Position numbers and translations under genes: made by a program. From the human T2T-CHM13v2.0 reference genome, Homo sapiens: 64,000 bases of DNA. The DNA is taken from the NCBI RefSeq assembly GCF_009914755.1, contig NC_060947.1; one strand, written 5' to 3'. The notes below the pieces were generated by a model, which worked only from the letters and a program-made list of their open reading frames with translations, did not search any database and was not told the DNA's origin. Of the stretch, positions 61,089 through 64,000 are shown in pieces; position 1 is the first letter of the stretch, and every line of letters begins with the position of its first letter.

Positions 61089-63389
61089 CTATGTAGGAGT
61101 AATATTTCTACATTTTACTAGAATTGAAATGGTATAAATCTAAAGCAGACTCTGGTAAGTTAAAATATATATTCTAAGCCCTAGAACTATCAATAAGCAA
61201 ATAACTTTAAAAATATAGTTAAGGATCTGTAAAATAATTAAAGTGGTAAATTCAGAAATATTTGATACAAAACATAGTATTGAAAGAAGAAAGAAACACA
61301 AAATACAGGAGACATGGAAAATATTAGTAAGTTGCAAACAAATATCCAAATATATCAATGATAACATTAAATTTAAATGGAGTAAACTATCTAATCAAAA
61401 TAAAATGATTGGCAGATTTAATTAAATAGAAAAAATATCCAAGTATATTCTGTCTACAGGAAACACACTTTAAGTTCAAAGCTACAAGTAGGGTGAAAGT
61501 AAAGGAATGGAAAAACATATACCATAGAAGTCATTAACCAAAAAAGAGCTAGAGAGTTACACTAAGATCAGACAAAACAGACATTAACATAAATATTGTC
61601 ACTAAAGATAAAGAAGGACATTCATAATGATGAAAAGGGTCGATTCATCAGTAAACCAAAATAATTGTGAACATGCTTGCATCTAACAAGAGGACTGTAA
61701 AATACATGTCGCATAAACTGAAAGAATTGAAGGAAGAAATAGGTAATTTAAGAATAATGGTTGGAGGGTTTAATACTCCCCTTTCAATAACTGATAAAAG
61801 AATTAGGCAAAAAAAATCAACAAAGAAATAGAAGATGTCAGCAACACTATAATAGACATTTATAGAGAATTCCTACAAACAATAGCACAGAACATTATTT
61901 TTTTCAGGTGGGCATGGAATATTCTCCAGGATGAAGCTATGCTTGGCCATAAGCCAAGCCATAGTGAATTTAAAATTATTGAAACCATACAAAGTATGCA
62001 CTTTGACCACAATGGAATCAAATTATAAATAGATAATGCAGAATATTTTGTAAATTTAAAAGTATGTATAAATTAAACAACAGACTCATGAATAACCAAT
62101 GGGTCGGAGAGAAAAATAACATGAAAAAAATAGAAATTACTTGGAGTTGAATGAGAGGTAAAACAACAACCCCACAAACATGCCAAAATTTATGAGATGG
62201 AGCTAAAGTAGTGCTTGGAGGGAAATGTATAGCCATAAGCTCTTACATGTAAAAACATTTTCAAATTAATAACCTAATATTTCACCTTAAGGCAGTGAAA
62301 AAGAAGATCAAACTAAACCTAAAGCAATCAGGAGGAAGAAAATTAGAAATATAAGAGTAGAAGTTAATAAAAGAAAGAATAGGAAAACAATAGAGAAAAT
62401 AAATGCAACTAAAAGTTGGTTCTTTGAAAAAATTAAAAAAATTGACAAACTTTTATGTATACTAATCAAGAAAAAAAGAAGACTCAAATTACTAAAATTA
62501 CAGATAAAATATGCAATCAATTATGAAAATATAATGGACTATAAAATCATACTGTTAACAACTCTATGGCAAATTAGAAACAAATTAGACAACTTCGATA
62601 AAATGGAAACATTTCTAGCAAGACACAAACTATAGAACTGACTTGGGAAGAAACAGAAACTCTGCAGAGACCTATATAACAAACTTAGAGTATGAATTAA
62701 TCATAACAATAATAAAAAATAAAAATAATCAACAACTTTTTACAAAGCAAAGCTCAGTACATCATGGCTTCACTGGTGAATTATATCAAATGTTTAAAAA
62801 ACAAATACCAATCCTTTTCCCAGTCTTCCAAATATTAGAAGTGAAGGAAGCACTTCCCAACCCGTTCCATGAGGCCAACATTACCCTGCATTCAAAGCCA
62901 GATGAAGATATCAGAAGAAAATAAAACAACTAACTAATATACTTTATAAATATAGACACAAATGAAATTCAAAAAAATATAAAATGGATTATAAGCTATT
63001 AACAAATAGAATTTATCCCAGGATGGAAGATTGTTTTAACATCTGAAAATCAATGTTATATATTATATCGATTGAAGGGAAAAAGACATAAACATCTCAA
63101 CAGACACAGAAAAATCATTTGACAAAATCCAATACCTTACCAAGACAAAAATTCCCAACCAAATAGGAGAAAACACTTTCTCTACATGTTAAAGAACATT
63201 TATAAAAAACTCACAGCTAAAATTATATTCATGATGAAAGGGTGAAAGTATGAATGTCATTCCCCCAAGATTGGGAACAAGATATGGATGTCCACTCTCA
63301 CCACTTATATTCAACATTATCCTGGAGGTCCTAGTCAAAGCAAATAGGAAAAAAGAAAGAAAAGCCATCCAGATTAGAAAGAAGGATGT

Positions 63390-63885
63390 ATAAATCATTC
63401 TACCGTAAAGACACACACATGTGAATGTTCACTGCAGCACTATTCACAGTAGCAAAGAAATGAAATCAACCTAAATGCCCAACAATGACAAATTGGAGAA
63501 AGAAAATGTGGTACACATACAACATGAAATGCAGCCATAAAACAGTAATGAGATCATGTCTTTTGCGGGAACATGGATGGATCTGGAGGCTATTACCCTT
63601 AGCAGAATAATGCAGCAACAGAAAACCAAATATCGCATGTTCTCACTTATAATTGGGAGCTAAATGATAAGAACTTATGAACACAAAGAAGGAAACAAAA
63701 GACACTGGGTTCTACCTGAGAGTTGGAGGAAGGAGAGGAGCAGATAAGATAAGTATTAGGTACTGGACTTACTACCTGTGTGATGAAATAATATGTACAA
63801 CAAACCTCCATGACAAGTGTCTATCTATGTAACAAATCTTCACTTGAACCTCCAAACCCAAAATAAAAGTTTAAAAAATTTAAAA
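63390..63885 (+). mobile_element. L1PA15/16-like 3' end inserted in the older L1
   Basis: ORF2 end and 3' UTR (gatgaaataatatgtacaacaaacctccatgac), A-rich tail. Confidence 0.8.
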
Positions 63886-64000
63886 AACTATATTCACAAT
63901 TGACAACACCTATACAAAGAAAAGGAATCTACTACAAAATTATTAGAGCTAATAATAGTTCTAATAGTTCTAAGAAAGCAGTTCAGCAAGATTGCCTCAT

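Overview
AT-rich, L1-dense primate (human-like) genomic DNA with no intact protein-coding gene. The only gene-derived sequence is a single-coding-exon class A GPCR pseudogene (~21745-22759, +) closely related to P2RY10. It is most likely P2RY10BP, the orthologue of mouse P2ry10b/A630033H20Rik/LPS2L, which would place the window in the P2RY10-GPR174 region of Xq21.1 (recognition from memory, not a database search). The rest is nested transposable elements: L1PA/L1PB/L1M, about ten Alus, a THE1/MST provirus, MLT2 and MER41-type LTRs, L2, MIR and MER DNA elements. The most unusual structures are: (i) a ~1.3 kb anonymous polyadenylated sequence retrotransposed into the THE1/MST provirus; (ii) a ~355 bp fold-back palindrome with a 22-bp x3 core at the 5' junction of a young L1 that sits on the twin-priming junction of an older L1; (iii) a ~35-bp SVA stub; (iv) two independent L1s truncated at the same nucleotide. 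I see no evidence of a novel multi-gene system. Subfamily names are best guesses from remembered consensus sequences.
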